Source: Pseudomonadales bacterium (GTDB lineage: Bacteria; Pseudomonadota; Gammaproteobacteria; Pseudomonadales; UBA5518). Taken from it: a stretch of 64,000 bases of DNA. The stretch covers positions 7,517 to 71,516 of the forward strand of contig JAJVIG010000002.1 in the NCBI GenBank assembly GCA_022072145.1. Reading direction: 5' to 3'. A program made the translations under genes and the position numbers. A model generated the notes under the pieces. The model was not told the DNA's origin. It saw only the letters and a list, made by a program, of their open reading frames with translations, and did not search any database. Below, piece after piece: positions 27,449 through 37,436 of the stretch (position 1 is its first letter; each line of letters begins with the position of its first letter).

Positions 27449-28284
27449 GCGGCGGCGCTGACCAGCCAGACGGCGGAGGGCATCAGGATGCGGCCGTCGC
27501 GGTAGTAGCGCGCCACCGCCTCCGCCACCTCGGCCAGCGCCTGCGCACGGGCCGCGGGGTCCAGCTGCGCGAGCAGCAGCGCGGCCGGACCGGCCTGCAC
27601 CAGTGCCTCGGTGGCATGGGCCAGTGTCTCGCCCTGCGCGAAGTTCAGTTCGGTGCGCAGTTCCTCGAAGCGTGGCCCGGCGAACCCGGCCGCGCCGAGG
27701 ATGCCGCGCACGCGCTCGCGGTCGCCGAAAGCGAACGGACCGGGCGCCCCGGGATCGAACGGCGGGAGTTCCACGTGCCGCGCCAGCGCCTGCATCGGCA
27801 CGCGCAGCCAGTCGTTCTGCTCGATGCCCTGCCAGCAGCAGAACACCAGCCGGGCACCTTTGGCGCAGGCGCCGCGCAGGTTCGCGAACGCGGCGGCCGG
27901 GTCGGTGAAGAACATCACACCGAAGCGCGAGAACAGCAGGTCGAAGCTGCCCGGCGCGAATGCGTGCGTCGCTGCGTCAGCGCGCAGGAACTCGAGCGTG
28001 GCCGCGTCGTCGGCCGCGCGCGTGCGCGCCACCGCGAGCATCGGTTCCGAGACATCGATGCCGGTCACGCGCGCCGCTGGACCGAGCATACGCGCCAGCG
28101 CCAGCGTCTGGTTGCCGCAGCCGCAACCGATGTCGAGCGCATTGCGCGCCCGGGCGGGGCGAGCCCGCTCCAGCAGCGGCGTGTTCAGCGCCCCGATCGA
28201 GCGCTCGAAATGCGCGTCGTTGTCGGCCCACTTCCTGCCCGCCTCGCCGTTCCAGTAGTCGATCTGCTTCGTGTTGTCCTGCAT
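27445..28284 (-). CDS. Class I SAM-dependent methyltransferase
   Basis: It has SAM motif I ALDIGCGCGNQT and starts at MQDNTKQIDYWNGEAGRKW (ATG 28284). The upstream extension of the ORF is unsupported. Confidence 0.85.
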   Translation of the reverse strand: MQDNTKQIDYWNGEAGRKWADNDAHFERSIGALNTPLLERARPARARNALDIGCGCGNQTLALARMLGPAARVTGIDVSEPMLAVARTRAADDAATLEFLRADAATHAFAPGSFDLLFSRFGVMFFTDPAAAFANLRGACAKGARLVFCCWQGIEQNDWLRVPMQALARHVELPPFDPGAPGPFAFGDRERVRGILGAAGFAGPRFEELRTELNFAQGETLAHATEALVQAGPAALLLAQLDPAARAQALAEVAEAVARYYRDGRILMPSAVWLVSAAA

Positions 28285-28393
28285 CGCGATTCCCCTGCTT
28301 GCTTGACGCATATCATGCGACGTGTTTTCTTCCGTGCCTAGAATCGGGACGAATTCGACCCCAACGAGCCACAAGCAACAAGGGGAAGTGACG

Positions 28394-29545
28394 ATGAGGT
28401 CCGGTGGTAGTTCGTCGCGCACGCTGCGCCGCACCGTGCTGCTGCTCGCATCACTGGTGCTCGCCGGGGCGGTGCGCGCGGCGCCCCCCGAGCCGGCCGA
28501 GATCATGCCGCGGGCGGCCGCGAGCCTGCTGGTCGATGTCACGCGTGTCGGTGAGCGGCTGGTCGCGGTGGGCGACTACGGCCATATCCTTCATTCCGAC
28601 GATTCGGGCCGCTCCTGGATCCAGGTGCCCGTGCCCGTGCGTGTGCTGCTCACGGCGGTATTCTTCGTCGATCCGCGCCACGGCTGGGCGGTGGGCCACG
28701 ACGGCATGATCGTCGCGAGCGACGATGGCGGCCTCACCTGGCGCCTGCAGCGCGACGGACTCGATGCCCAGCAGCGGCGCAACGCGGCGGAACTCGAGCG
28801 TGCGCGTGCCGGACTCGCCGCGCTCGAGCGTGAGGCCGGCGCCGACGCCGGGCTGACCGAGGACGCGCGCGCACTGCTCGCAGAGGCCGAGGAGCGGGTC
28901 GCCGAACCGGTATTCCCGCCGCCGCTGATGGACGTGTACTTCAGCGATCCGCAACACGGGTTCGCGGTCGGCGCCTACGGGACCTTCCTGCGTACAGACG
29001 ACGGCGGCGCGAGCTGGGTCGATGTCGACCCGGCGTCGATCGACAATCCCGATGAACTGCACTACTACGCGATCGCCTCCGACGGCGGCGCGCGGCTGCT
29101 GCTCGCCGGCGAGGCCGGTTCCCTCTACCGCTCGGCGGACCGCGGCGCGACGTGGGAGACGCTGGCCTCACCGTACGAGGGCACGCTGTTCGGCGCGCTC
29201 GGCCTGCCCGGCACCGGCACCGTCGGCGTGTTCGGACTGCAGGGCAACGTGCATGTAACGCGCGATTTCGGCGACAGCTGGAACGCGCTCGACAGCGGCG
29301 TGGAGACCGTGCTCGCCGGCGGCACGCTCACTGCCGGTGACGAGGTGTTGCTGGTCGGCAGCATGGGCACCATCCTGGCGGTGCGCCTGGACTCGGGCGT
29401 GGTCACCGACCACACGCGGGTCGCGATGCGCCAGCAGCTCGGTGCCGCCGCCATCGCTCCCGACGGCACGCTGGTGGTGGCGGGGCAGGGCGGCGTGCGG
29501 CGGATCGAGGGTGTCGGTGCGCCCGGCGTTCGGCAAGGAGGCTGA
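28394..29545 (+). CDS. Secreted BNR/YCF48-like beta-propeller protein
   Basis: It has a signal peptide (MRSGGSSSRTLRRTVLLLASLVLAGAVRAAP). It also has repeated SxDxGxxW-type BNR motifs (SDDSGRSW, SDDGGLTW, TDDGGASW, SADRGATW, TRDFGDSW). Confidence 0.82.
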   Translation: MRSGGSSSRTLRRTVLLLASLVLAGAVRAAPPEPAEIMPRAAASLLVDVTRVGERLVAVGDYGHILHSDDSGRSWIQVPVPVRVLLTAVFFVDPRHGWAVGHDGMIVASDDGGLTWRLQRDGLDAQQRRNAAELERARAGLAALEREAGADAGLTEDARALLAEAEERVAEPVFPPPLMDVYFSDPQHGFAVGAYGTFLRTDDGGASWVDVDPASIDNPDELHYYAIASDGGARLLLAGEAGSLYRSADRGATWETLASPYEGTLFGALGLPGTGTVGVFGLQGNVHVTRDFGDSWNALDSGVETVLAGGTLTAGDEVLLVGSMGTILAVRLDSGVVTDHTRVAMRQQLGAAAIAPDGTLVVAGQGGVRRIEGVGAPGVRQGG

Positions 29546-29546
29546 G

Positions 29547-31907
29547 ATGAGCGATCCGCAGTCCCCCGCGCCGGAATCGGTGGCGAACGCCGAGGAGCGC
29601 TTCATCGAGAGGCTGGTCTTCGATCACCGCCCGCTGTTGCTGCTGGTGTTCGCGCTGCTGACCGTGTTCTTCGCGTGGCAGACCGCGAAGCTGCGACCCG
29701 ACGCCAGCTTCGAGAAGATGATCCCGCTCGAGCACCCGTTCATCAAGGCGATGATGCGCCACATGGGCGACCTCGGCGCCTCCGGCACCTCGATCCAGAT
29801 CGCGGTCGAGAACACGCACGGTGACATCTTCGATGCCGGGTACCTGGACGTGCTCAGGCAGGTCACCGACGAACTGTTCTACATCAACGGCGTCGATCGC
29901 AACCGGCTGAAGTCGCTGTGGACGCCGAACGTGCGCTGGACCGAGGTGACCGAATCGGGCTTCGAGGGCGGCGTCGTGATGCCCGACACCTACGACGGAT
30001 CGCCGGCCAGCCTGGAGGAGTTGCGCCACAACCTGATGCGCTCCGGCGAGGTGGGGCGCCTGGTCGCCGACAACATGCGCTCTAGCATCGTCGAGGCGCC
30101 GATCTTCGACCGCGACCCGATCACCGGCCAGCGGCTGGACTACCACGCCTTTTCGCAGGACCTGGAGCAGCGCATCCGCGCGCGTTTCCACGACGAGCAC
30201 ATCCAGGTCCACATCGTCGGCTTCGCGAAAATCGTCGGCGACCTGCTCGAGGGCGTGGGTGCCATCCTGCTGTTCGCGGTGATCACGCTGGTGGTCACGG
30301 CGTTGCTGCTGTTCTACTACACGCGTTGCATAGGTGCCACCGTGGCGCCGCTCGCGTGCTCGGTGATCGCGGTGATCTGGCAGCTCGGGCTGCTAACCAC
30401 GCTGGGCTACGGTCTCAACGCCTATTCGATCCTGATCCCCTTCCTCGTGTTCGCGATCGGCGTCAGCCACGGCGTGCAGGTGGTCAACGCGGTGGGTGTG
30501 GAAACGGTGGCCGGGCGGCCACGGCTCGCGGCGGCGCGGCTCGCGTTCCGCGGCATCTACATCGCCGGCATGGCCGCACTGGTCTCCGACGCGGTGGGCT
30601 TCCTGACCATGATGCTGATCGACATCGAGGTGATCCAGGACCTCGGCGTGGCGGCGAGCGTGGGGGTGGCGGTGATCGTGCTGACGAACCTGGTGCTGCT
30701 GCCGGTCGTGATGTCGTACCTCGGCGTCTGCCTGCGCGGGCGCCAGCGCGTGGTCGCGCGTCGTGAATCCGCCGCCGCGCTGTGGCGGCTGCTCGCGCGC
30801 TGCGCGACGCCGCGTGCCGCCGCGGTGTCGCTGCTGTTGGCGGCGATCGGTTTCGCGGTCGGCATCCATGGCGGGCGCGACGTGCGCATCGGCGACCTCG
30901 ACCCCGGTGCACCCGAGCTGCACCCGGCCTCGCGCTACAACCTCGACAACAGCTTCATCACCGGCAACTACGCAACCAGCTCGGACGTGCTGGTGGTGAT
31001 GGTCGAGACCCCACCCGAAACCTGCTACCTGCAGCGCAACCTCGCGCTGGTCGACCTGTTCTCCTGGCATATGGTCAACGTGCCGGGCGTGGAGTCGGCG
31101 ATGTCGCTGGCCGAGGTGGCACGTCTGGTCACCATGGGTTTCGCCGAAGGCAGCCTGAAGTGGCATGCGATCACGCGCAACCAGCGCGCACTGGACACCA
31201 CCTTCGGCATGGTCCCGCAGCAACTGGTCAACGCCGACTGCAGCCTGGCCCCGGTGGCGCTGTTCCTGAGCGACCACAAGGCCGAGACGCTCGCGACCGT
31301 GGTGCGCGCGGTGCAGGAGTTCGCCGGCCGCCACAACAGCGATGCGCTGCGTTTCGTGCTGGCCGCCGGCAACGCAGGCGTGGAGGCGGCGACCAACGAG
31401 GAGATCTCGAAGGCGCAGATGCGCATCCTGCTGCTGGTCTACGGCGTGGTCGCCGCGCTGGTGTTCTTCAGCTTCCGTTCCTTCTCCGCGGTGCTGTGCA
31501 TCATGCTGCCGCTGGCGCTGACCTCGGTGCTGTGCAACGCGCTGATGGCGCTGCTCGGCATCGGCGTGAAGGTGGCCACGCTGCCGGTGATCGCGCTCGG
31601 CGTGGGCGTGGGCGTGGACTACGGGATCTACCTGTTCAACCGGCTGCAGGGATTCCGCCAGCAGGGCCTCGCGCTGTCCGACGCGTACCTGCAGACGCTG
31701 CGCGGCACCGGCTCGGCGGTGCTGCTCACCGGCTGTGCGCTGGCGATCGGGGTCGCGACCTGGATCTGGTCGCCGATCAAGTTCCAGGCCGACATGGGCA
31801 AGCTGCTGACGTTCATGTTCCTGTGGAACATGCTGGGGGCGTTGTGGCTGCAGCCGGCGCTCGCGTATTTCCTGTTCGAACGCAAACGCGCGCCGGGCGC
31901 GCCCTGA
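29547..31907 (+). CDS. RND-superfamily (MMPL/HpnN-like) inner-membrane transporter
   Basis: The 786-aa protein has two 6-TM bundles, each followed by a large periplasmic loop. It starts 1 nt after the stop of the BNR gene, and a GGAGG ribosome-binding site lies in the BNR gene's 3' end. Confidence 0.85.
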   Translation: MSDPQSPAPESVANAEERFIERLVFDHRPLLLLVFALLTVFFAWQTAKLRPDASFEKMIPLEHPFIKAMMRHMGDLGASGTSIQIAVENTHGDIFDAGYLDVLRQVTDELFYINGVDRNRLKSLWTPNVRWTEVTESGFEGGVVMPDTYDGSPASLEELRHNLMRSGEVGRLVADNMRSSIVEAPIFDRDPITGQRLDYHAFSQDLEQRIRARFHDEHIQVHIVGFAKIVGDLLEGVGAILLFAVITLVVTALLLFYYTRCIGATVAPLACSVIAVIWQLGLLTTLGYGLNAYSILIPFLVFAIGVSHGVQVVNAVGVETVAGRPRLAAARLAFRGIYIAGMAALVSDAVGFLTMMLIDIEVIQDLGVAASVGVAVIVLTNLVLLPVVMSYLGVCLRGRQRVVARRESAAALWRLLARCATPRAAAVSLLLAAIGFAVGIHGGRDVRIGDLDPGAPELHPASRYNLDNSFITGNYATSSDVLVVMVETPPETCYLQRNLALVDLFSWHMVNVPGVESAMSLAEVARLVTMGFAEGSLKWHAITRNQRALDTTFGMVPQQLVNADCSLAPVALFLSDHKAETLATVVRAVQEFAGRHNSDALRFVLAAGNAGVEAATNEEISKAQMRILLLVYGVVAALVFFSFRSFSAVLCIMLPLALTSVLCNALMALLGIGVKVATLPVIALGVGVGVDYGIYLFNRLQGFRQQGLALSDAYLQTLRGTGSAVLLTGCALAIGVATWIWSPIKFQADMGKLLTFMFLWNMLGALWLQPALAYFLFERKRAPGAP

Positions 31908-31927
31908 ACAACGCACGGAGGTCGCTG

Positions 31928-33532
31928 ATGGCAAGGCAAGGGAAGCGGATCGACGCGAGGCGCTGCGTGGCGGCAGCGGTGCTGGCGGTCGCCGGGACGG
32001 ATGCCGCGGCCCTGAGCTTCGAGTCGGAATCGGGCTTCACGCTCGATCTGGACACCACGCTGACCTGGGGTGCGCAGTGGCGCGTCGAGGGTGCACGCGC
32101 CGGCCAGCTGCGGCGCCTGCCGGCGCAGTGGGACGACTGGGCATTCGCGCGCCGCTTCGCGTACCTGTCGGACCCGCAGACCGTGATCGCGCAGAACATG
32201 GACGACGGCAACAACAACTTCGACAAGGGCCTGATCTCGAACCGCGCGACCGCGCTGGTCGAGTTCGAACTCGAGCGCGACGGCTACGGCGTGTTCCTGC
32301 GCGGCAAGGCCTTCTACGACCAGGTGTACCGGGACCGCGACACCGACATGGACGCGGTCGGCTACCGGACGATGAACGACGCACCGGGCGTGGCACGCGG
32401 CGATTTCATCGAGCGCACGCGCGATGAGCACGGCGCCAAGGCCGAACTGCTCGACGCCTACGTCTACGGCGGCTTCGACATCGGCGAACGGCTGCTCGAC
32501 CTGCGCGTGGGCCGCCAGGTGATCAACTGGGGCGAGGCGACGTTTTTCTCGGGCATCAACGGCATGCAGAACTGGTACGACGCCGCGGTGGCGAACGTGC
32601 CGGGAACCGAGGTCAAGGAGATCTACATGCCGACCGGCGCGGTCTACGCGCAGATCGACCTCAGCAGCGCGGTGGCGCTGCAGGGCTACTACCAGTACGA
32701 GTGGAAACCCACCCGGCTGAATGCGGTCGGCAGCTATTTCAGCCAGCAGGATTTCCTCGGTCCGGGCGCGGCGCACTTCTACCTCGGTGTGCTGGACCTG
32801 TTCGGCCTGGACCCGCGCCTGCCGCGCCTGCCCGACGACGAGCCCGGCGAGCAGGGCCAGTGGGGCGTGGCGCTGCGCTATGCGCTCGAGTCGGGTGCCG
32901 AGCTGGGTTTCTATTACCTGAACGCCCACAACAAGGCGCCGAGCTTCCAGCGCAACGGCGTGCCGCTGCCTACCGATTTCAGGCTGCTCTATTTCGACGA
33001 CATCCGCGTCGTCGGCGCGAGCTTCAGCACGATCCTCGGCGACACGCAGGTCAACGGCGAAGTGTCGTACCGTGACGGCTTGCCGATGACCGTGACCTCA
33101 GGAAACCCCGAGCGCCAGGAAGTGATGCAGGGTCAGATCGGGTTCACGCAGGTATTCCAGCCGCGCGCGCTGTGGGACGACCTCAGCGTGGTCGGCGAAT
33201 TCGTGGCGGTCGACGTGCTTAACCGCTCGAACAACGAGATGAGCGGCGACGCGCGCGGCGTTGCCTATGCGCTGCGCGCCGAATTCGCGTACAAGAACGT
33301 GATGGAGGCGCTCGATGTGAGCGTGCCGGTGTTCGTGCAGCACACGCTCGATGGCACGGTACGCGAAGCGAACCTGGTCGAGGACGCGGTCACTTTCAGC
33401 ATCGGGTTACGGGGTACGTGGTCGAACGTGGTGATCGCCGAGATCACCTACGCGAACTACTTCGGTGGCGGCTTCGACAACTGGCTCACCGACCGCGACA
33501 ACATCGCGTTCAACGTCAAGTACAGCTTCTGA
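31928..33532 (+). CDS. DUF1302-family secreted/outer-membrane protein
   Basis: It has a signal peptide (MARQGKRIDARRCVAAAVLAVAGTDAAA) and the N-terminal block LSFESESGFTLDLDTTLTWGAQWRVE. It ends beta-barrel-like with ...IAFNVKYSF. GGAGG precedes ATG 31928. Confidence 0.78.
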   Translation: MARQGKRIDARRCVAAAVLAVAGTDAAALSFESESGFTLDLDTTLTWGAQWRVEGARAGQLRRLPAQWDDWAFARRFAYLSDPQTVIAQNMDDGNNNFDKGLISNRATALVEFELERDGYGVFLRGKAFYDQVYRDRDTDMDAVGYRTMNDAPGVARGDFIERTRDEHGAKAELLDAYVYGGFDIGERLLDLRVGRQVINWGEATFFSGINGMQNWYDAAVANVPGTEVKEIYMPTGAVYAQIDLSSAVALQGYYQYEWKPTRLNAVGSYFSQQDFLGPGAAHFYLGVLDLFGLDPRLPRLPDDEPGEQGQWGVALRYALESGAELGFYYLNAHNKAPSFQRNGVPLPTDFRLLYFDDIRVVGASFSTILGDTQVNGEVSYRDGLPMTVTSGNPERQEVMQGQIGFTQVFQPRALWDDLSVVGEFVAVDVLNRSNNEMSGDARGVAYALRAEFAYKNVMEALDVSVPVFVQHTLDGTVREANLVEDAVTFSIGLRGTWSNVVIAEITYANYFGGGFDNWLTDRDNIAFNVKYSF

Positions 33533-33556
33533 TCGACCTGACAGGGAGGGTGCGCC

Positions 33557-34933
33557 ATGCGTGCATTGTGGATCGGTGGACTCGCGTTGCTGCTGGCGGC
33601 GCCGCTCGCCATGGCGAAGGTGAGCGAAGAGGAGGCGGCGCGCCTGGAACGCGAACTGAACGTGCGCGGCGCCGAGGTCGCCGGCAACGCCGACGGCTCG
33701 ATCCCGGCGTGGACCGGGAAGTGGCTCGGCCTGCCGCCCGGCCTGACGTGGAAGGGGCCGGGGCAGGAGGCCTACCCGGATCCCTATGCCGCGGACAAGC
33801 CGCTGTTCTCGATCACCGCCGACAACATGGAGCAGTACGCGGCGCGCCTGAGCGACGGGCAGCGGGCGCTGTTCCGCACCTATCCCGGGACCTTCCGCAT
33901 CGACGTCTATCCCACGCACCGGGACTTCGACTACACGAAGGAGTTCAAGCAGCGCACGCTGCACAACGCGACGCATACCGAGCTCTACAACGGCAACGAC
34001 GGCATCGCGGGCTACACCGGTGGCGTGCCGTTCCCGATTCCGAAGCACGGCGCCGAGCCGATCTGGAATTCGCGCCTGCACACCACCGCGTTCCACCAGG
34101 CGGGTTACTACGACGACGTCGCGGTATTCGCCAACGGCAGCCGTGCCTCGCGCCGTTCCTGGATTCAGCAGAAGGTGCCGTTCGCGGATCCGGCGCTGCC
34201 GATCGGCAGCGACTACCGGGACTTCAACAAGTACCAGGCATTCGTTTGGACCGAGGTCGAGATCCCGGTGCGGGACAAGGGCATGATCACGCTGATCCTG
34301 GAGCCGCTCGACTACACGCAACTGCCGCGCACCGTGTGGCGCTACATGCCGGGGGCACGCCGAATCCGCCAGGCGCCGAACGTGGGTTACGACACGCCCG
34401 ACGGACCAGGCGGCATCACCACCGTCGACGACACGCTGGGCTTCAATGGCGCGATGGACCGCTTCGAGTGGACGATCGTTGGTCGCCAGGAGATGTACGT
34501 GCCGTTCCACAGCTACCGTTTCGACGATCCCGCCGTGAAGCAGGACCAGCTGCTGATGATCGGGCATGCGAACCCCGACTACATGCGCTGGGAACTGCGG
34601 CGCGTGTGGATCGTGGAGGCGAATCTGCGCGAGGGCTTCCGCCATATCTACGGCAAGCGGCGCTTCTACATCGAGGAAGACAGCTGGGCAATCGCGATCA
34701 CGGAAAACTACGACGGCCGCGGCGAGCTGTGGAAGACGGTGCTGATCAACTCGTACTACGCCTACGACGTCAACGGCTACGAGAAGCGCAACCAGATGTT
34801 CCACGATCTGCGCGCCGGCATCTACAACACCACGCGGATCATCAACGAGACGCGTCCGTGGAACTATTCGGCACCGGATCCGGGCGCGGACTTCTTCACG
34901 ACCGCGAACCTGCGCAAGGCTGGCAAGCGCTGA
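33557..34933 (+). CDS. DUF1329-family (LolA-like fold) periplasmic/outer-membrane protein
   Basis: It has a signal peptide (MRALWIGGLALLLAAPLAMA) and the family-typical block GAEVAGNADGSIPAWTGKW. Confidence 0.8.
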   Translation: MRALWIGGLALLLAAPLAMAKVSEEEAARLERELNVRGAEVAGNADGSIPAWTGKWLGLPPGLTWKGPGQEAYPDPYAADKPLFSITADNMEQYAARLSDGQRALFRTYPGTFRIDVYPTHRDFDYTKEFKQRTLHNATHTELYNGNDGIAGYTGGVPFPIPKHGAEPIWNSRLHTTAFHQAGYYDDVAVFANGSRASRRSWIQQKVPFADPALPIGSDYRDFNKYQAFVWTEVEIPVRDKGMITLILEPLDYTQLPRTVWRYMPGARRIRQAPNVGYDTPDGPGGITTVDDTLGFNGAMDRFEWTIVGRQEMYVPFHSYRFDDPAVKQDQLLMIGHANPDYMRWELRRVWIVEANLREGFRHIYGKRRFYIEEDSWAIAITENYDGRGELWKTVLINSYYAYDVNGYEKRNQMFHDLRAGIYNTTRIINETRPWNYSAPDPGADFFTTANLRKAGKR

Positions 34934-35381
34934 AGTCGAGCACCACCACGGGGATCTCGCGCGTGGTCAGCGACTGGTAGTGCGCGTAGACCGGTACGCG
35001 CGCCACCAGTTCCGACCACAGCGCCTCGCGCTCGGCGCCGGTGGTCACGCGCGCCTGCGCCCGATGGTGGCGGCGGGCCACGCGCACGCCGACCGCGGGA
35101 TCTGCGCGCAGGTTGTGTACCCAGGCGGGGTCGCTGGGCATGCCGCCCTTGCTGCCGACCACCACCCATTTGCCGTCGATCAGGAACCACGGCAGCACCG
35201 CCTGGCGGCGCGCGCCGCTGGCGCGCCCGCGCGTCTCGAGCAGCAGCGCGGGTTGGGGCGGAAAACCGGCTTGGCGGGCGAACACGCGGTTCAGCAGCGA
35301 CTCGCCGGTGTAGCGCACCAGCAGGCGGTCGAACGCCAGCCCCGTGGGAGTCATCAGGAGCCTGGTCAGTTGCGCCATCAT
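34896..35381 (-). CDS. DUF385 / nitroreductase-like deazaflavin-dependent oxidoreductase family protein
   Basis: It has the family blocks LLLETRGRASGARRQAVLPWFLIDGKWVVVGSKGGMPSDPAWVHNLRADP and REIPVVVLD. Its 3' end overlaps the DUF1329 3' end by 38 nt in convergent orientation. Confidence 0.78.
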   Translation of the reverse strand: MMAQLTRLLMTPTGLAFDRLLVRYTGESLLNRVFARQAGFPPQPALLLETRGRASGARRQAVLPWFLIDGKWVVVGSKGGMPSDPAWVHNLRADPAVGVRVARRHHRAQARVTTGAEREALWSELVARVPVYAHYQSLTTREIPVVVLDFSACQPCAGSRS

Positions 35382-35525
35382 GCCTCGATACTTGCGGTAA
35401 GGTCGGGGTCACGCTAGCACCACCGGGCGTGGCGCGGCAAGCCGGGCGCGATTGCTCCCCCGGATCGCGGTTCGGTACCATCACCACCGTTTTCTAGCTC
35501 CCTGTTCCCGGAGGCCGCACGCCGC

Positions 35526-36341
35526 ATGTCCGAGCACCGCCCGGTGGGCGTCTTCGATTCCGGCGTGGGCGGGCTGTCGGTGGTGCGCGAGATGCGTCGG
35601 CGCATGCCGCGGCTGGACATCGTCTACGTATCCGACGCGCGGCATCTTCCCTATGGCGAGAAGAGCGAGGAGTTCATCCGCGAGCGCAGCTTCGCGATCG
35701 CCGATTTCCTGCTCGGCGAAGGCGCCCGCGCGCTGGTCATCGCCTGCAACACCGCCACCGCCGCCGCGGCGCGCGCGTTGCGCGAAGCGTTCACCCTGCC
35801 GATCGTCGGCATCGAACCGGCCGTGAAGCCGGCCGCGCAAGCCACCCGCAGCGGCATCGTCGGCATCCTGGCCACCGCGAGCACGCTGCAGAGCAGCCGC
35901 TACGCCGAGCTGCTGCGCCGCTTCGGACAGTTCACGCGGGTGATCGGTCAGCCGGCGAGTGGCTTGGTGGAATGCGTCGAGGCAGGTGAGCTCGACGGGC
36001 CGCGCACGCGCGAGCTGCTGGCGCGCCACCTCGGCCCCTTGCTCGAGGCAGGGGCCGATACCATCGTGCTCGGCTGCACGCATTACCCCTTCCTGCTGCC
36101 GGCGATCCGCGCCATCGTGGGCCCGGCGGTGCGCATCATCGACCCCGGCGACGCGGTCGCGCGGCGGGTCGAGGAGGTGCTTGGAAGCGATACGGGCGGC
36201 GGGGCCACGCTACGCTGCTTCAGCAGTGGCGACCCGGCGGCGCAACAGGCACTGATGAGCCGCTTGCTGGGCGAGACGGTAGCGGTGCTGCCGTTGCCGG
36301 AGCGCGGACGCGGGCACCGGCGTGAAGCTGCGCCCGGCTGA
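35526..36341 (+). CDS. murI: Glutamate racemase
   Basis: It has VGVFDSGVGGLSVV and the catalytic Cys motifs LVIACNTATAAA and IVLGCTHYPFL. Confidence 0.92.
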   Translation: MSEHRPVGVFDSGVGGLSVVREMRRRMPRLDIVYVSDARHLPYGEKSEEFIRERSFAIADFLLGEGARALVIACNTATAAAARALREAFTLPIVGIEPAVKPAAQATRSGIVGILATASTLQSSRYAELLRRFGQFTRVIGQPASGLVECVEAGELDGPRTRELLARHLGPLLEAGADTIVLGCTHYPFLLPAIRAIVGPAVRIIDPGDAVARRVEEVLGSDTGGGATLRCFSSGDPAAQQALMSRLLGETVAVLPLPERGRGHRREAAPG

Positions 36342-36397
36342 GCGTGTGCCGTTTGGAAGCGCAGGATCGGATTGTGGAACAGCGTAACGAGGTGAAC

Positions 36398-37267
36398 ATG
36401 TCATTCCGTCCGCGCCGCTCGGCGCTCTACATGCCGGGGTCGAATCCGCGCGCGCTCGCGAAGGCGCGCGAACTGCCGGCCGATGTGCTGATCCTCGACC
36501 TCGAGGACGCGGTGGCGCCCACGGCCAAGGAAGCCGCGCGCGCACAGATCGCCGCCGCGCTCGCCGGGGGAGGCTACGGAGCACGCGAACTGCTGGTGCG
36601 CGTGAACGGGCTGGACACGCCGTGGGCCGCCGACGATCTGCGGGCCTTCGCCAACACCGGCGTCGACGGCATCGTGCTGCCGAAGGTATCCTCGCCCGGG
36701 GACGTGCTGCAGGCGGTGCGCGTGCTCGAGGGCGCCGGTGTGGGTCCGGGGTTACGGCTGTGGTGCATGGCGGAGACCGCACGCGGCGTGCTCGCGATCG
36801 ACGCGATCGCCGGCGCCCACCCGCGCATCGCCGGCATCCTGATGGGTACCTCGGACCTCGCGCGCGAGCTGCGCGTGCCGCACACGCCGGCACGGCTTGG
36901 TTTTCTCGCCTCGCTGTCGCAGTGCGTGCTGGCGGCGCGTGCGCACGGGCTCGACATCCTCGACGGCGTGCACCTCGACCTGCACGACGACGCCGGGCTG
37001 CAGGCCGCCTGCGCGCAGGGCCGCGAGCTGGGTTTCGACGGCAAGACGCTGATCCACCCGGCGCAGCTCGCCGCCGCGAATACCGTGTTCGCGCCGGCGG
37101 CCGACGAGATAGCGCGTGCCCACGAGATCATCGCCGCCTGGCGCGAGGCGCAGGCACGCGGCAGCGCGCTGGTGGTCCTGAACGGGCGGCTGGTAGAGAA
37201 CCTGCACGTCGCCGAAGCCGAGCGCCTGCTTGCGCTCGCCGGGTCCGTCGCCCGCATGGGCTGGTGA
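36398..37267 (+). CDS. HpcH/HpaI aldolase - citrate lyase beta subunit (CitE)-like acyl-CoA lyase
   Basis: It starts MSFRPRRSALYMPGSNPRALAKARELPADVLILDLEDAV and contains GVDGIVLPKV, both typical of CitE/malyl-CoA lyase-like enzymes. Confidence 0.85.
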   Translation: MSFRPRRSALYMPGSNPRALAKARELPADVLILDLEDAVAPTAKEAARAQIAAALAGGGYGARELLVRVNGLDTPWAADDLRAFANTGVDGIVLPKVSSPGDVLQAVRVLEGAGVGPGLRLWCMAETARGVLAIDAIAGAHPRIAGILMGTSDLARELRVPHTPARLGFLASLSQCVLAARAHGLDILDGVHLDLHDDAGLQAACAQGRELGFDGKTLIHPAQLAAANTVFAPAADEIARAHEIIAAWREAQARGSALVVLNGRLVENLHVAEAERLLALAGSVARMGW

Positions 37268-37286
37268 GCGCAGGCCCGGCCGGACC

Positions 37287-37436
37287 GTAGGTTCGGCCTG
37301 TGGCCGAACGATGCATGCGCGTAGGTTCGGCCTGTGGCCGAACGAATGTCCGCGTAGGTTCGGCCTCTGGCCGAACGAATGTCCGCGTAGGTTCGGCCTG
37401 TGGCCGAACGAATGTCCGGGCACAGCCCGGACCTAC
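37287..37436. repeat. REP array: four type B units (37287, 37321, 37354, 37387; 33-34 nt phasing) followed by one inverted type A unit (37414-37436)
   Basis: The array was read directly. The spacers GAATGTCCGC repeat the first bases of the A left arm. A further A half-site GTCCGGGCACA is at 37452. Confidence 0.85.
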
